From: Heterodontus francisci
Taxonomy: Eukaryota
NCBI RefSeq assembly: GCF_036365525.1
Contig: NC_090385.1
Span: 59,952,611-60,016,610 of the forward strand
Reading direction: 5' to 3'
Length of the DNA: 64,000 nt
Shown: piece after piece, positions 24,846-36,312 of the stretch
How the letters are laid out: the number at the start of each line of letters is the position of its first letter
How positions within the stretch are numbered: position 1 is the stretch's first letter
The notes under the pieces: generated by a model
Database searches by the model: none
The model's input: only the letters and a program-made list of their open reading frames with translations
Told to the model about the DNA's origin: nothing
Made by a program: the position numbers and the translations under genes

Positions 24846-25165
24846 CTCGGGAGAGACCACGGCTAAGGGAGTAAACCCTAACAGAAAATCCGGAGTGGAA
24901 CCCCGTAGGTGGTCATGTGTCACCTTTGGCATGTTTCCGGCAGTTCCTGCAGCCATACCGGTGCCAAACGTCGTGCTCTGCACTCCTTTGGACCCCACCA
25001 GAAAGGCCGAGAGGGGGGTTTTGACGCTTGGGCAACTCTCAACCTCCATACATTCGCCCAGGCATGCGCCATGGAGAGGTCACTCCATAGTTGCCTCACA
25101 GCGACTGACACCACTGACCACCTCTAGGCGCTTACCCATTGTCTCTCGAGACAAGGAGGCCAAAG
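24846..25165 (+). mobile_element. Non-autonomous RTE derivative (5' UTR-like part fused to RTE 3' tail), TSD ATAGT
   Basis: 3' end accactgaccacctctaggcgcttacccattgtctctcgagacaaggaggccaaag matches the tail of the RTE at 25924-25980. ATAGT at 24841-24845 and 25166-25170. Confidence 0.8.
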
Positions 25166-25923
25166 ATAGTGTGGGGACACCCTAGCTCCCCCAAGGGTAT
25201 AAAGGTTTGGGAACAATAGATCCAAAGTCATCTGTTCCATCCAACCATGCTACACATGCCATAATATCATGTGATTCCTATACTGTATCCCAAGTTATTT
25301 TCTAAACCTATCTAATTGAATCTGAATGAATCTCCACAATCTGCTTCTACATTCTCCCTAGGGAGTGTGTTGTATAGCTTTACCACTCATTCACTGAAAT
25401 AATATTTCCATTTGAATTTACCCCCCCAACCCCCCTTCCCCTTGCAAGTCTTGTCCTCTGGCTCTATTGTTCTGGGTAAAGTGAAATAGTTTGTCATAAT
25501 CTACATTATTTAGTTCCTTTAACATCATAAAAACAGCAAGCATATCTCTTTTCCAGTGTGAACATGCCTAATTTACATAATTGCTTGTCACAATCCAACC
25601 CCTCAGTCATTCTGCCCACCCTCTTATATATCTTTTCAATAGTGCACTATCCTTGAGTTTTGAAGTTTTTTGAAATATGAAGCTTGAAAGGCCAATATGG
25701 AGAATGTCAGCATGAGATTGTAAAAGTGTAGATTTGGGTTTCAGCTAGATGGGAATGAGGTAGGAATAAAGGTAAAAGTAAGCATTCATGATAGTGGCTA
25801 AAATATGGCATTTGAAATTCCTGGGTTGGGCAGGAGACAGGTTGCGAACTATCTGGTATAGCCTAAGCAAGTAAACAGGGAGGTATGTAAACATAGGATT
25901 ACATAGCCTCCTTTCCGTTTCCT

Positions 25924-28272
25924 ATTTTGCCTCCTTGTCGCAAGAGACAATGGGAAGTGCCGAGAGGTGGTCAGTGGTTTGTGAAGCAGCGCCTGGAGTG
26001 ACTATAAAGGCCAATTCGAGAGTAACAGACTCTTCTACAGGCGCTGCAGGTGAAGTTGGTTGTCGGGGCTGTTATACAGTTGGCTCGCTCCTTACACTTC
26101 TGTTTTTTATCCTGCTAACTGCTGAGTCTCTTCGACTCGCCTCTCTTCAGCCCCGCCTTTATAGCTGTCCACCACCTCTGGCGATCGCTGGCAACTGGCT
26201 CCCACAACTTGTGGTCAATGTCACAGGACTTCATGTCACGTTTGCAAACATTTTTAAAGTGGAGACATGGACGACCGGTGGGTCTGATACCAGTGACTAA
26301 CTCGCTGTACAATACGTCCTTGGGGATCCTGCCATCTTCCATGTGGCTCACATGGCCAAACCATCTCAAGCACCACTGACTGAGTAGGGCGTACATGCTG
26401 GGGATGTTGGCTGCCTCGAGGACTTCTGCGTTGGAGAGACGATCCTGCCACCTGATGCCAAGGATTCTCCGGAGACAGCGAAGATGGAATGCATTGAGAT
26501 GTTGCTCTTGGCTGACATACGTTGTCCAGGCCTCGCTGCTATAGAGCAAGGTACTGAGGACACAGGCTTGAAACGTTTGTGTTCCGTGTCAGTGGGCCAT
26601 TTTCCCACACCCTCTTGGCCAGTCTGGACATAGCAGCGGACGCCTTTCCCATGCGCTTGTTGATTTCTGCATTGTGAGACATTAGTGGTGATGGTCGAGC
26701 GTAGGTAGGCGAACTCTTGAACCACTTCCAGAGCGTGGTTGCCGATATTGATGGATGGAGCATTTCTGATATCCTGTCCCATGATGTTCGTTTTCTTGAA
26801 ACTGATGGTTAGGCCAAATTCGTTGCACGCAACCACAATCCTGTCGATGAGTCTCTGCAGACACTCTTGTGTGGGATGTTAATGCAGCATCGTCATCAAA
26901 GAGGAGTTCCCTGATGAGGACTTTCCGTACTTTGGTCTTCGCTCTAAGACAGGCAAGGTTGAACAATCTGCCCATCTGATCTTGTGTGGAGAAAAATTCC
27001 TTCTTCTGAAGACTTGAATGCATGTGAGAGCAGCAATGAGAAGAAAATCCCAAACAGTGTAGTTGTGAGAACACAGCCCTGTTTCACACCACTCAGAATG
27101 GGAAAGGGGTCTGATGAGGCACCATTATGCTGAATTGTGCCTTTCATATTGTCATGGAATGAGGTGATGATACTCAGTAGCTTTGGTGGGCATCCAATCT
27201 TTGCTAGTAGTCTGAAGAGACCCTGTCTGCTGACTAGGTCTATGAAAGCAACGTAGAGGGGCATCCGTTGTTCACGGCATTTCTCCTGTAGCCGGCGAAG
27301 GGAGAACAGCATGTCAATGGTGGATCTCTCTGCACGAAAGCCGCACTGTACTTCAGGGTAGACCCGCTCAGCCAGCTTCTGGAGTCTGTTTAAAACAACT
27401 CGAGCAAAGACATTCCCCACTGTGCTGAGCAGGGAGATTCCATGGTAGTTGTTGCAGTCACCACAGTCACCCTTGTTCTTATAGAGGGTGATGATATTGG
27501 CATCGCACATGTCCTGTGGTACTGCTCCCTCATTCCAGCACAGTCAAGCCAGTTCATGGTGTGCTGAGAGTATAGCAGACTTGGCATACTTGATTATTTC
27601 AGGGGTAATGCCGTCCTTTCCAGGAGCTTTTCCTCTGGCTAGAGAGTCAATGGCATCACTGAGTTCCGATTTTGTTGGCTGTACATCGAGCTCATCCATG
27701 ACTGGCAGAGACTGGGCCGCATTAAGGGCTGTATCATTGACATCATTTTCCCTGGAGTACAGTTCTAGGTAGTGCTCTACCCAGCGGTCCATTTGCTTGC
27801 ATTGGTCAGTGATCGTTTCCCCGATTTAGACTTGAGGGGGGGCGATCTTCTTGATGGTTGGCCCAAAAGCTCTCTTAATGCCGTCATACATTTCTCTGAT
27901 GTTTCCGGTGTCGGAGGCCAGCTGAATACGACTGCATAGATGTAGACAGTAATTGTTTGCACAGCGCCTGGCTGTTCTTTGCGCAGTGCTTCTGGCGGCT
28001 TTAAGTGCTAAGGATGTTAACTCGCTGGGGGCTTTCTTGTCGTTCAGCAGTGCAGTGTGCTTGGCGGCTGTAACTGGTTCCATCTTTTCAAAGTGAGACC
28101 AGTCTGCATTCTGCTCAAATTTGCCAAAGGTGGTCATTGCTGAGTCATAGATGGCGTCTCTGATGTGGGCCCACATGGTCTCTGCATCCCCTGCAGGAGT
28201 GTTTTGAAGGGCTTTTTCAAGCGAATTGAGAAACTTTTGTGACAGCTGTGGGTAAGAAATTCTGGTAGTGTT
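25924..28272 (-). mobile_element. RTE-clade LINE (BovB-like), 5'-truncated, frameshifted
   Basis: ORFs 26944..27510 (LYKNKGD..YHGISLLS..QCGFRAERSTIDMLF..GVKQGCVL), 26682..27074 (ELLFDDDAAL) and 26115..26549 (LRWFGHVSHMEDGRIPKDVLYSEL..RPTGRP). Confidence 0.93.
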
Positions 28273-28424
28273 AATTACATAACCTATATGGCACAGAATC
28301 AGGTCATTCGACCCATCCCGTTCATGCCACCGTTTATGTTCCATTTATCTTATGTTTTCTTATCTAAATCTATCATCGTAACCCTCTATTCCCTCCTCCC
28401 TCATTTGCTTGTCTAGCTTCCCCT

Positions 28425-29345
28425 AAAATGGTTGGTTGGTTGGCATCCTTCCATCTACGAAAGATGATGGACACACAGCAAACATTCCATTTAGGTGGGG
28501 TGTCTTCTCTTGGTGCACCTTTGCTGATGGCCGTGAAGGCCAATCCTAGAGAGGCAGGTTCTGCCATATGTACCACATGTGAATCTGCCAAGTGACCAGA
28601 GTTGTTTTCAGCGTTGGCACCTGTTGCCAAGCTGCTGTAGCCACAGGTCATCGTGGTAGTGCATGCCAGTCCACAGGATATGTCGCCATTTCCCTCTTTC
28701 AGCAGCTAGTGACTCCTGGGTGCGATAGTTGACATTTCGGGCCTTCACTTGCAAGCATCCTTGAAACATAGATTTGAGCCCCTCCACTGATCGTCTGGCC
28801 CCAGTTACCTCACCATACAGAAACTCCTTGGGTATGCGACTGTCTTCTATCCTGCTAAGGTGTCCGATCCACTGAAGCCACCTCTGTTTGATTAGTGCCA
28901 ACACACTTGGGAGCTCTGCCTTTGAGAGGACTGCCACATTTGTGATTTTGTCCTGCCAGGATATACCATAATGCACTGCAAACAGCAAAGATAGAAATTA
29001 TTGAGCTGCTTTTCCTGGTAGCTGTAGCTCACTCATGTTTCACAGCCATACAACAAGGTACTGAGAACAGGTCATAGACCTGAAACATTAACTCTGTTTC
29101 TCTCTCCACAGATGCTGCGAGATGTGCTGAGTATTTCCCGCACTTTCTGTTTTTATTACTGAAAACACGGGCCTCATAAACCAGCAGCTTGCTCCTAAGG
29201 GTCAGCTTGGTGTTATCCCATGCGCGTTTCGTGAATTGGCCGAAGGTGATAGCTGCTTTCCCTATGCGTGTATCGAGCGCTGCATCAAGGGACAAATTGT
29301 CTCACCATGGAGCCAAGATAGCAGAATTTGCTAACCACTTCCATA
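28425..29345 (-). mobile_element. Older RTE 3' fragment containing a Penelope-like insert (29058-29160)
   Basis: ORFs 28608..28988 (WLQWIGHLSRIEDSRIPKEFLYGE) and 29029..29295 (RIGKAAITFGQF). The insert is flanked by tactgagaaca / tactgaaaaca. Confidence 0.85.
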
Positions 29346-29359
29346 AATAACACCCCTAA

Positions 29360-29900
29360 ATGAATCTATACAATTTGCTTCAAACACTCCCGGTGGGAGC
29401 AAGTTTCATGTTCTCACCACTCTTTGGGTAAAGAAGTTTTTCTGAATTTCTTATTTGATTTCTTGGTGACTATCTTATATTGATGGCCTCAAGTTATGCT
29501 CTTCCCCACAAGTGGGAACATTCTCTATTCACTCTATCAAAAGCTTTCCTAATTTTAAAGACCTCTATTAGGTCACCCCTTAGCCTTTTTTCAAGAGAAA
29601 AGAGACCCAGCCTGTCCATCCTTTCCTGATGTGTATACCCACACATTTCTGGTATCATCCTTGTAAATCTTCTCTGCACCCTCTCCAGTACCTGTATATC
29701 CTTTTTATAAGATAGCAACCAGAACTACATGCAGTGCTCTAAGTGCAGTCTAGCCAAGGTTTGATACAGCTTTAGCATAACTTCCTTACTTTTCAATTTT
29801 ATCCCTCTAGAGATAAAGCTGGGTGCTTGGCTGGCTTTTTTTATGGCCTTGCTAACCTATGGCACAGCTTTTAGTGATTATATTTGTGCTCTGAGATCCC
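29360..29900 (-). mobile_element. CR1 3' fragment
   Basis: ORF 29494..29718: KKDIQVLERVQRRFTRMIP..LGLFSLEKRLRGDLIEVFK. Confidence 0.9.
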
Positions 29901-29959
29901 TTTGGCCCCACTAACAGTGCAAGGGCAAAGACTTTTTGGTGGGGCAAAAAACAATCGCT

Positions 29960-30450
29960 TTCATCTTCCCAGTGTTCAGTCGGATGACATTTTGGCTTCT
30001 CCCCAACTTGATGTTAGCTAGTTATTCTGACAACATAAAAATATTTATGTTGAGGGAAGTGGCAAAGATGTAGAACTAAATGTCACCGTATAAGTACAGA
30101 AACTGACCCTATGCCAATGGATGATAGACAACAGTTAGATATGGAAAGGGAGAGTGCAAAGGATGGCATCCTAAGTACACCAGAGGTAGCCTTGTGGAGT
30201 GAGGGAGAAGCTATTTTTGGAGATGATCTGTCTGCATTTGGGACAGGTATGAATGTAGTAATCATGCAAAAGCAGATCCTTGAGGGTGGACAATGGAGAA
30301 GAGGCATGATCGTCTATGATGAGCACCACAGTGGGATTCAGCAAAGATATTGTGTCATGATTACAGAGGTTGTCACCGGTGAATTTTGCCAGGGTGGTCT
30401 CAATGCTATGAGTGGATGAGAAGCCATACTGAAAGGATTAAAAGGGGGAT
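29960..30450 (-). mobile_element. Highly degraded L2-like RT remnant
   Basis: gatgtagaactaaatgtcaccgtataag reads LYGDI*FYI on the minus strand (degenerate YADDxQLY). ggatggcatcctaagtacaccag is a degenerate SGVPQGS-like segment. Confidence 0.45.
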
Positions 30451-32475
30451 ATGTGCAAGGGGTGAATGCAAAGTTAGAGGGCACCAATGTCAGCAGTTAC
30501 TTAAAGGGCCAGACTTCCTCAATAATTTTGCTGCAGTCAAGGTTGACTGCTGTTCAAATATTGTAGAGACAGCTGCAGGGCCCAGAGCCTCTAGTTTTGT
30601 GGGTTCTTATGTTGAAATGCTGTTGCAGATATTTATGTCCAGGAAGGAAGGCCTTCTTCAGACCTGACAAAAGCAGAACAGCAGTTGGTCAGTGTGCAAC
30701 CTGTTTGTCAAAGAAGGTTGAATGATTTTGCCAGGTCCTGAAAAGTAAGAGAAATCAGCTGCAATTTCCAGGAATGTACGAAACCTGTCTGCCGCTTACA
30801 ATTATTTTCCCTCACACTGTGCAAAAGTGCTTGACTTGCTTACTATCACAGCCCATTATGTAGCACAGCGCCCTTTACAGACTGAACCTTCAGGGATCAC
30901 ACCTGTTGCAGGTTGACATCTTAGTTTAACTACATTTCAAATGATGAAAAGATATTTCTCACTTTTTGTGTTATTTTCCCAGGGAAAGACTGTTACAGCA
31001 GCTGGAGAGATTGGCAATTCCTCAAACCAAAAACCTCTTGCTCACCAATGATGTGAGAGCTTTGCAGATCCTGAAAAGGAAGGTTATAGAGGGTATCATA
31101 AGTGGGAGGTAGAAAGGCATGTACCAATTTAGGGTGCAAAATGACATTCTGCTTTTTCTAGTGTGCTCTACATTACATGGCATACCATGAAACCATGCCA
31201 TTCCTTACTGTTGTATGAGCTCCACTTCTCAGGAAACCTTTTTAACCATTTTTGTCTTCCTATTAGATCTGCCTCACTAAGAGCAAGAAGCTCCTCAGCA
31301 CCTGGAAATGCCAACGAGCAACATTGTTTATTCTATCCCTCCCTAGTACCAGGTCAAAGACATCCACCCTGAGGTAGTGAAAAGTGCACTGGGTCATAAG
31401 AAGCATAAGTGAGAAGGAAGGTGGTTGCTCATCTAGAGATAGATGTTGCTGGGCAGATGGTTAGGAGGCTACCCCTTGGCTAAAAAGCCTGCATATCTGC
31501 AGATCACTGGTTCTGTGTTTGAGAAGACTGCTTGCATACAATCAAGCATTTGTGCAAACATTGGGGAACATATCAGATGGTGCATTGCAAATCTCAGCTC
31601 AGGTGAAGGTCAAGATCCACTAGTAGCATGCACAGTACAATGCAGGATGATTTTAATAGTACTACACTATGGAATATGTGACAACACTGCAGTATCTAAA
31701 GTGTAAGGCCTAATGCAAAGCATCCTTTCACCCCCCCCCCCAACCCCAACCATGATGGAAGCCCTAAAGGCAATCTGCACCTCCTAGCTAATGAATTACT
31801 TTGGAAATGTAGTCATTGTTGTTATGCTTGAGGTGCCAGGTTGGAGAGGGACGCTGAGAAAACAATTGCAGATAATCCTGACACAGGGATCCATTTATCT
31901 CAGTGGTACATGAGGTCTGATTTGCCTAAGTCAATGGCCATGCAGACCTGGTGCCTATTACTGTTACTGTGCTTTTGGATTGAATGCCTTGGCTTGGCCC
32001 CTCCTTCAAGTAAACTACTAAATAACCCCATCAGTGTGTTGAGTTGAGAGTTCATGAATACTGTAAGTGAAACTATTTTTTAAACATCTTCCCTACCATG
32101 TCAAAATAATAAAATACAATATCAAGCTAAATCGTGCAAAATGAAATGCTTTACACTCTGTGTGATCGCTAAGGTCAGTCAGAAGTTGCAGATATTTTGA
32201 TTCCTGTGTCAATGATGTATTTTCAATTGCTGTGGAATTTCTCAGTGAATTCCAAATGATTGTCACAGAAATCTCCATGTGTGATATTGTAACACTCAAA
32301 GTGTGATGGCGACAGGCATGCATGTACTTTTAAAAAAAAATCATATCATAGCTTACCGATTTGGAGGATATGCTATTTTACAATAGTTGGGGTTTGTACA
32401 GCATAAGTTTTGTCATTGACTAAATAAGTCAAATTCCATTTTAATCACATTGTATTCTGTGATGTTTTACAATAA

Positions 32476-35464
32476 TGGGAACCGGAGCTACGGATCAGTG
32501 GATGGGGTAGCTGTTGAACAGGCAGATACCGAGTGCAGAGAGTCTGTGAGGAAGGTTAGACAGTTGACAGGGCAAAGTTGCAGCCAGTATGATGGGTTGA
32601 AGTGTGTCTATTTTAACACAAGAAGTGTCAGGAATAAGGGTGATGAACCTAGAGCATGGATCAGTACTTGGAGCTACGATGTTGTGGCCATTACGGAGAC
32701 GTGGATATCACAGGGGCAGGAATGGATGTTGGATGTTCTGGGGTTTAGATGTTTCAAAAGGAATAGGGAGGGAGGTAAAAGAGGTGGGGGAGTGGCATTG
32801 ATAATCAGGGATAGTATCACAGCTGCAGAAAGGGAGGTCGTCGAGGAGGGTTTGTCTACTGAGTCAGTATGGGTGGAAGTCAGAAACAGGAAAGGAGCAG
32901 TCACTTTGTTGGGAGTTTTCTATAGACCCCCCAATAGCAACAGAGACACGGAGGAACAGATTGGGAGGCAGATTTTGGAAAGGTGCGGAAGTAACAGGGT
33001 TGTTGTCATGGGTGACTTCAACTTCCCTAATATTGATTGGAACCTCCTTAGTGCAAATAGTTTGGATGGAGCAGATTTTGTCAGGTGTGTCCAGGAAGGT
33101 TTCCTGACTCAATATGTAGATAGGCCGACTAGAGGGGAGACTATGTTGGACTTGGTACTTGGCAACGAACCAGGCCAGGTGGCAGATCTATCGGTGGGAG
33201 AGCATTTCGGTGATCGTGATCACAACTCCCTGACCTTTACTATAGTCATGGAGAGGGACAGGAGCAGACGGGATGGGAAAATATTTAATTGGGGGAGGGG
33301 GAATTACAATGCTATTAGGCAGGAACTGGGGAGCATAAATTGGGAACAGATGTTCTCGGGGAAATGCACGACAGAAATGTGGAGGTTGTTTAGAGAGCAC
33401 TTGCTGCGACTGCTGGAGAGGTTTGTCCCGATGAGGCAGGGAAGGGATGGTAGGGTGAAGGAACCTTGGATGACGAGATGTGGAACAGCTAGTCAAGAGG
33501 AAGAAGGAAGCTTACTTAAGGTTGAGGAAGCAAGGATCAGACAGGGCTCTAGAGGGTTACAAGGTAGCCAGGAAGGAACTGAAGAATGGACTTCGGAGAG
33601 CGAGAAGGGGACATGAAAAAGTCTTGGCGGGTAGGATTAAGGAAAATCCCAAGGCGTTCTACACTTATGTGAGGAACAAGAGGATAGCCAGAGTGAGGGT
33701 AGGGCCGATCAGGGATAGTGGAGGGAACTTGTGCCTGTAGTCGGAGGAGGTAGGGGAGGTCCTAAATGAATACTTTGCTTCAGTATTCACTAGTGAGAGG
33801 GACCTGGTCGTTTGTGAGGACAGCGTGGAACAGGCTGATATGTTCGAACAGGTTGAGGTTAAGAGGGAGGATGTGCTGGAAATTTTGAATGATATGAGGA
33901 CAGATAAGTCCCCGGGGCCAGACGGGATATACCCAAGGATATTACGGGAAGTGAGGGAAGAGATTGCTGCGTCTTTGGCGATGATCTTTGCGTCTTCACT
34001 GTCCACTGGAGTAGTACCAGATGATTGGAGGGTGGCAAATGTTGTTCCCTTGTTCAAGAAAGGGAATAGGGATAACCCTGGGAATTATAGACCAGTCAGT
34101 CTTACGTCGGTAGTGGGAAAATTATTGGAGAGGATTCTGAGAGACAGGATTTATGATTATTTGGAAAAGCATGGTTTGATTAGAGACAGTCAGCATGGCT
34201 TTGTGAGGGGCAGGTCATGCCTCACAAGCCTTATTGAATTCTTTGAAGATGTGACAAAACACATTGATGAAGGAAGAGCAGTGGATGTGGTGTATATGGA
34301 TTTTAACAAGGTGTTTGATAAGGTTCCCCATGGTAGGCTCATTCAGAAAGTAAGGAGGCATGGGATTCAGAGAAAGTTGGCTGTCTGGATACAAAATTGG
34401 CTGGCCCATAGAAGTCAGAGGGTGGTAGTAGATGGAAAGTATTCAGCATGGAGCTCGGTGACCAGTGGTGTTCCACAAGGATCTGTTCTGGGACCTCTGC
34501 TCTTCGTGATTTTTATAAATGACTTGGATGAGGAAGTGGAAGGCTGAGTTAGCAAGTTTGCCGATGACACGAAGGTTGCTGGAGTTGTGGATAGTGTGGA
34601 AGGCTATTGTAGGTTGTAACGGGACATTGACAGGATGCAGAGCTGGGCTGAGAAGTGGCAGGTGGAGTTCAACCTGGAAAAGTGTGAAGTGATTCATTTT
34701 GGAAGGTCGAATTTGAATGCCGAATACAGACTTAAAGACAGGATTCTTGGTAGTGTGGAGGAACAGAGGGATCTTGGGGTCCATGTCCATAGATCGCTCA
34801 AAGTTGCCACCCAAGTTGATAGGGTTGTTAAGAAGGCGTATGGTGTGTTGGCTTTCATTAACAGGGAGATTGAGTTTAAGAGCCGCGAGGTTATGCTGCA
34901 GCTCTATAAGGCCCTGGTTCGACCACACTTGGAATATTGTGTTCAGTTCTGGTCGCCTCATTATAGGAAGGATGTGGAAGCTTTAGAGAGGGTGCAGAGG
35001 AGATTTACCAGGATGCTGCCTGGACTGGAGGGCATGTCCTACGAAGAAAGATTGAGGGAGCTGGGGCTTTTCTCACTGGAGCGAAGAAGGATGAGAGGTG
35101 ACTTGATAGAGGGGTACAAGATGATGAGAGGCATAGATAGAGTGGATAGCCAGAGACTTTTTCCCAGGGTGGAAAGGGCTATCACCAGGGGGCATAATGT
35201 TAAGGTAATTGGAGGAAGGTTTCGGGGAGATGTCAGAGGTAGGTTCTTTACACAGAGAGTGGTTGGTGCATGGAATGCGCTGCCAGCAGTGGTAGTAGAA
35301 GCAGATACGTTAGGGGCATTTAAGCGACTCTTAGATAGGTACATGGATGGTAGTAGAATGAAGGATAGGTAGTTAGTTTGATCTTAGAGTAGGTTAAAGG
35401 TTCGGCACAACACCATGGGCCGAAGGGCCTGTACTGTGCTGTACTGTTCTATGTTCTATGTTCT
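32476..35464 (+). mobile_element. Young CR1 with nearly complete ORF2 (EN and RT, few disruptions), truncated just after the ORF1/ORF2 junction
   Basis: ORFs 32450..33616 (CVYFNTRS, AITETW, YRPPN, MGDFNFP), 33825..34547 and 34635..35372. (TTCTATG)n tail. Probable TSD AATAA at 32471-32475 and 35465-35469. Confidence 0.97.
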
Positions 35465-35671
35465 AATAAGAGGTTCTGGATTTTACATCATTTTTGTGGA
35501 GGTTATGGGATTTAGCAGTACCAAGAGGTGGGGTGGGGCAGGGGGGCGGGAACTTCTGGGTAGATTTGTTCAGACTCTTGATTTGTTGCTGTTTTGCATT
35601 TCGAGCCAGTCATATGAGCCAAATGTGTGGGCATTAGTACACACTGATATGCCAGATATGTTCTTTATAAT

Positions 35672-36312
35672 GGCCGAGTTTTACGGTGGTAACGATGGTG
35701 AAATTTAAACTGACAGCAAATTCGGGAGTCTGCAGATATGCAGAATAATGTGGAAATCCAGGAGTTGCTGTCAGTGAGTCTGCACCCCTCCATCAAGTGC
35801 ATTATAGAGGTTGTCACAGCCTGCAATCTCCATTACAACTTCAATTTCTACCCTATTAGTCTCATTATAAAAACCCTTGAGAATGTTACACCTTGTTGAA
35901 TGAAGTGTCACTGTGTTTTTAACATCTTACTAATTTCATATTTACTGCAAAAGACCCTTACTGGCCCTGAAAAGCTGATTCTATATTTGTGGAATATCAA
36001 ATTTCCCCATAAATAATAAAAAACTCCATTCTTTTTAAAGATTGTTTATCTTTATCTTTGGCTTAAGATAGAAGTGAAGGATATTAAATGTTTTTAATTT
36101 CCTGGTTTGCTCTCTGTATGAATATTTCAATGTGACTCACTGCTTACCGGCTTGCTGACATCATTGCTGCTGCACACCAACACATCTCCTGACTTGGCGC
36201 CAGATTTAAACTGCCATCAGGAAAGGGGAAAACATGCCACAGAGACTGCTGGATCTTTGTAGGCAGCTATCTTTGAGGTCAGCAGTGAGCTTTGTGCTTC
36301 ACCATCCAGGCC
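35672..36312. mobile_element. Probable PIF/Harbinger-type MITE
   Basis: Termini GGCCGAG... / ...CCAGGCC with a 3-bp TSD AAT on both sides. Non-coding interior. Confidence 0.5.

Noticed and set aside
29058-29095. Intact hammerhead in the Penelope fragment within the RTE
   Set aside because: Stem II and GAAA are present, but the CTGA comes from the duplicated target and the core and stem I are broken.
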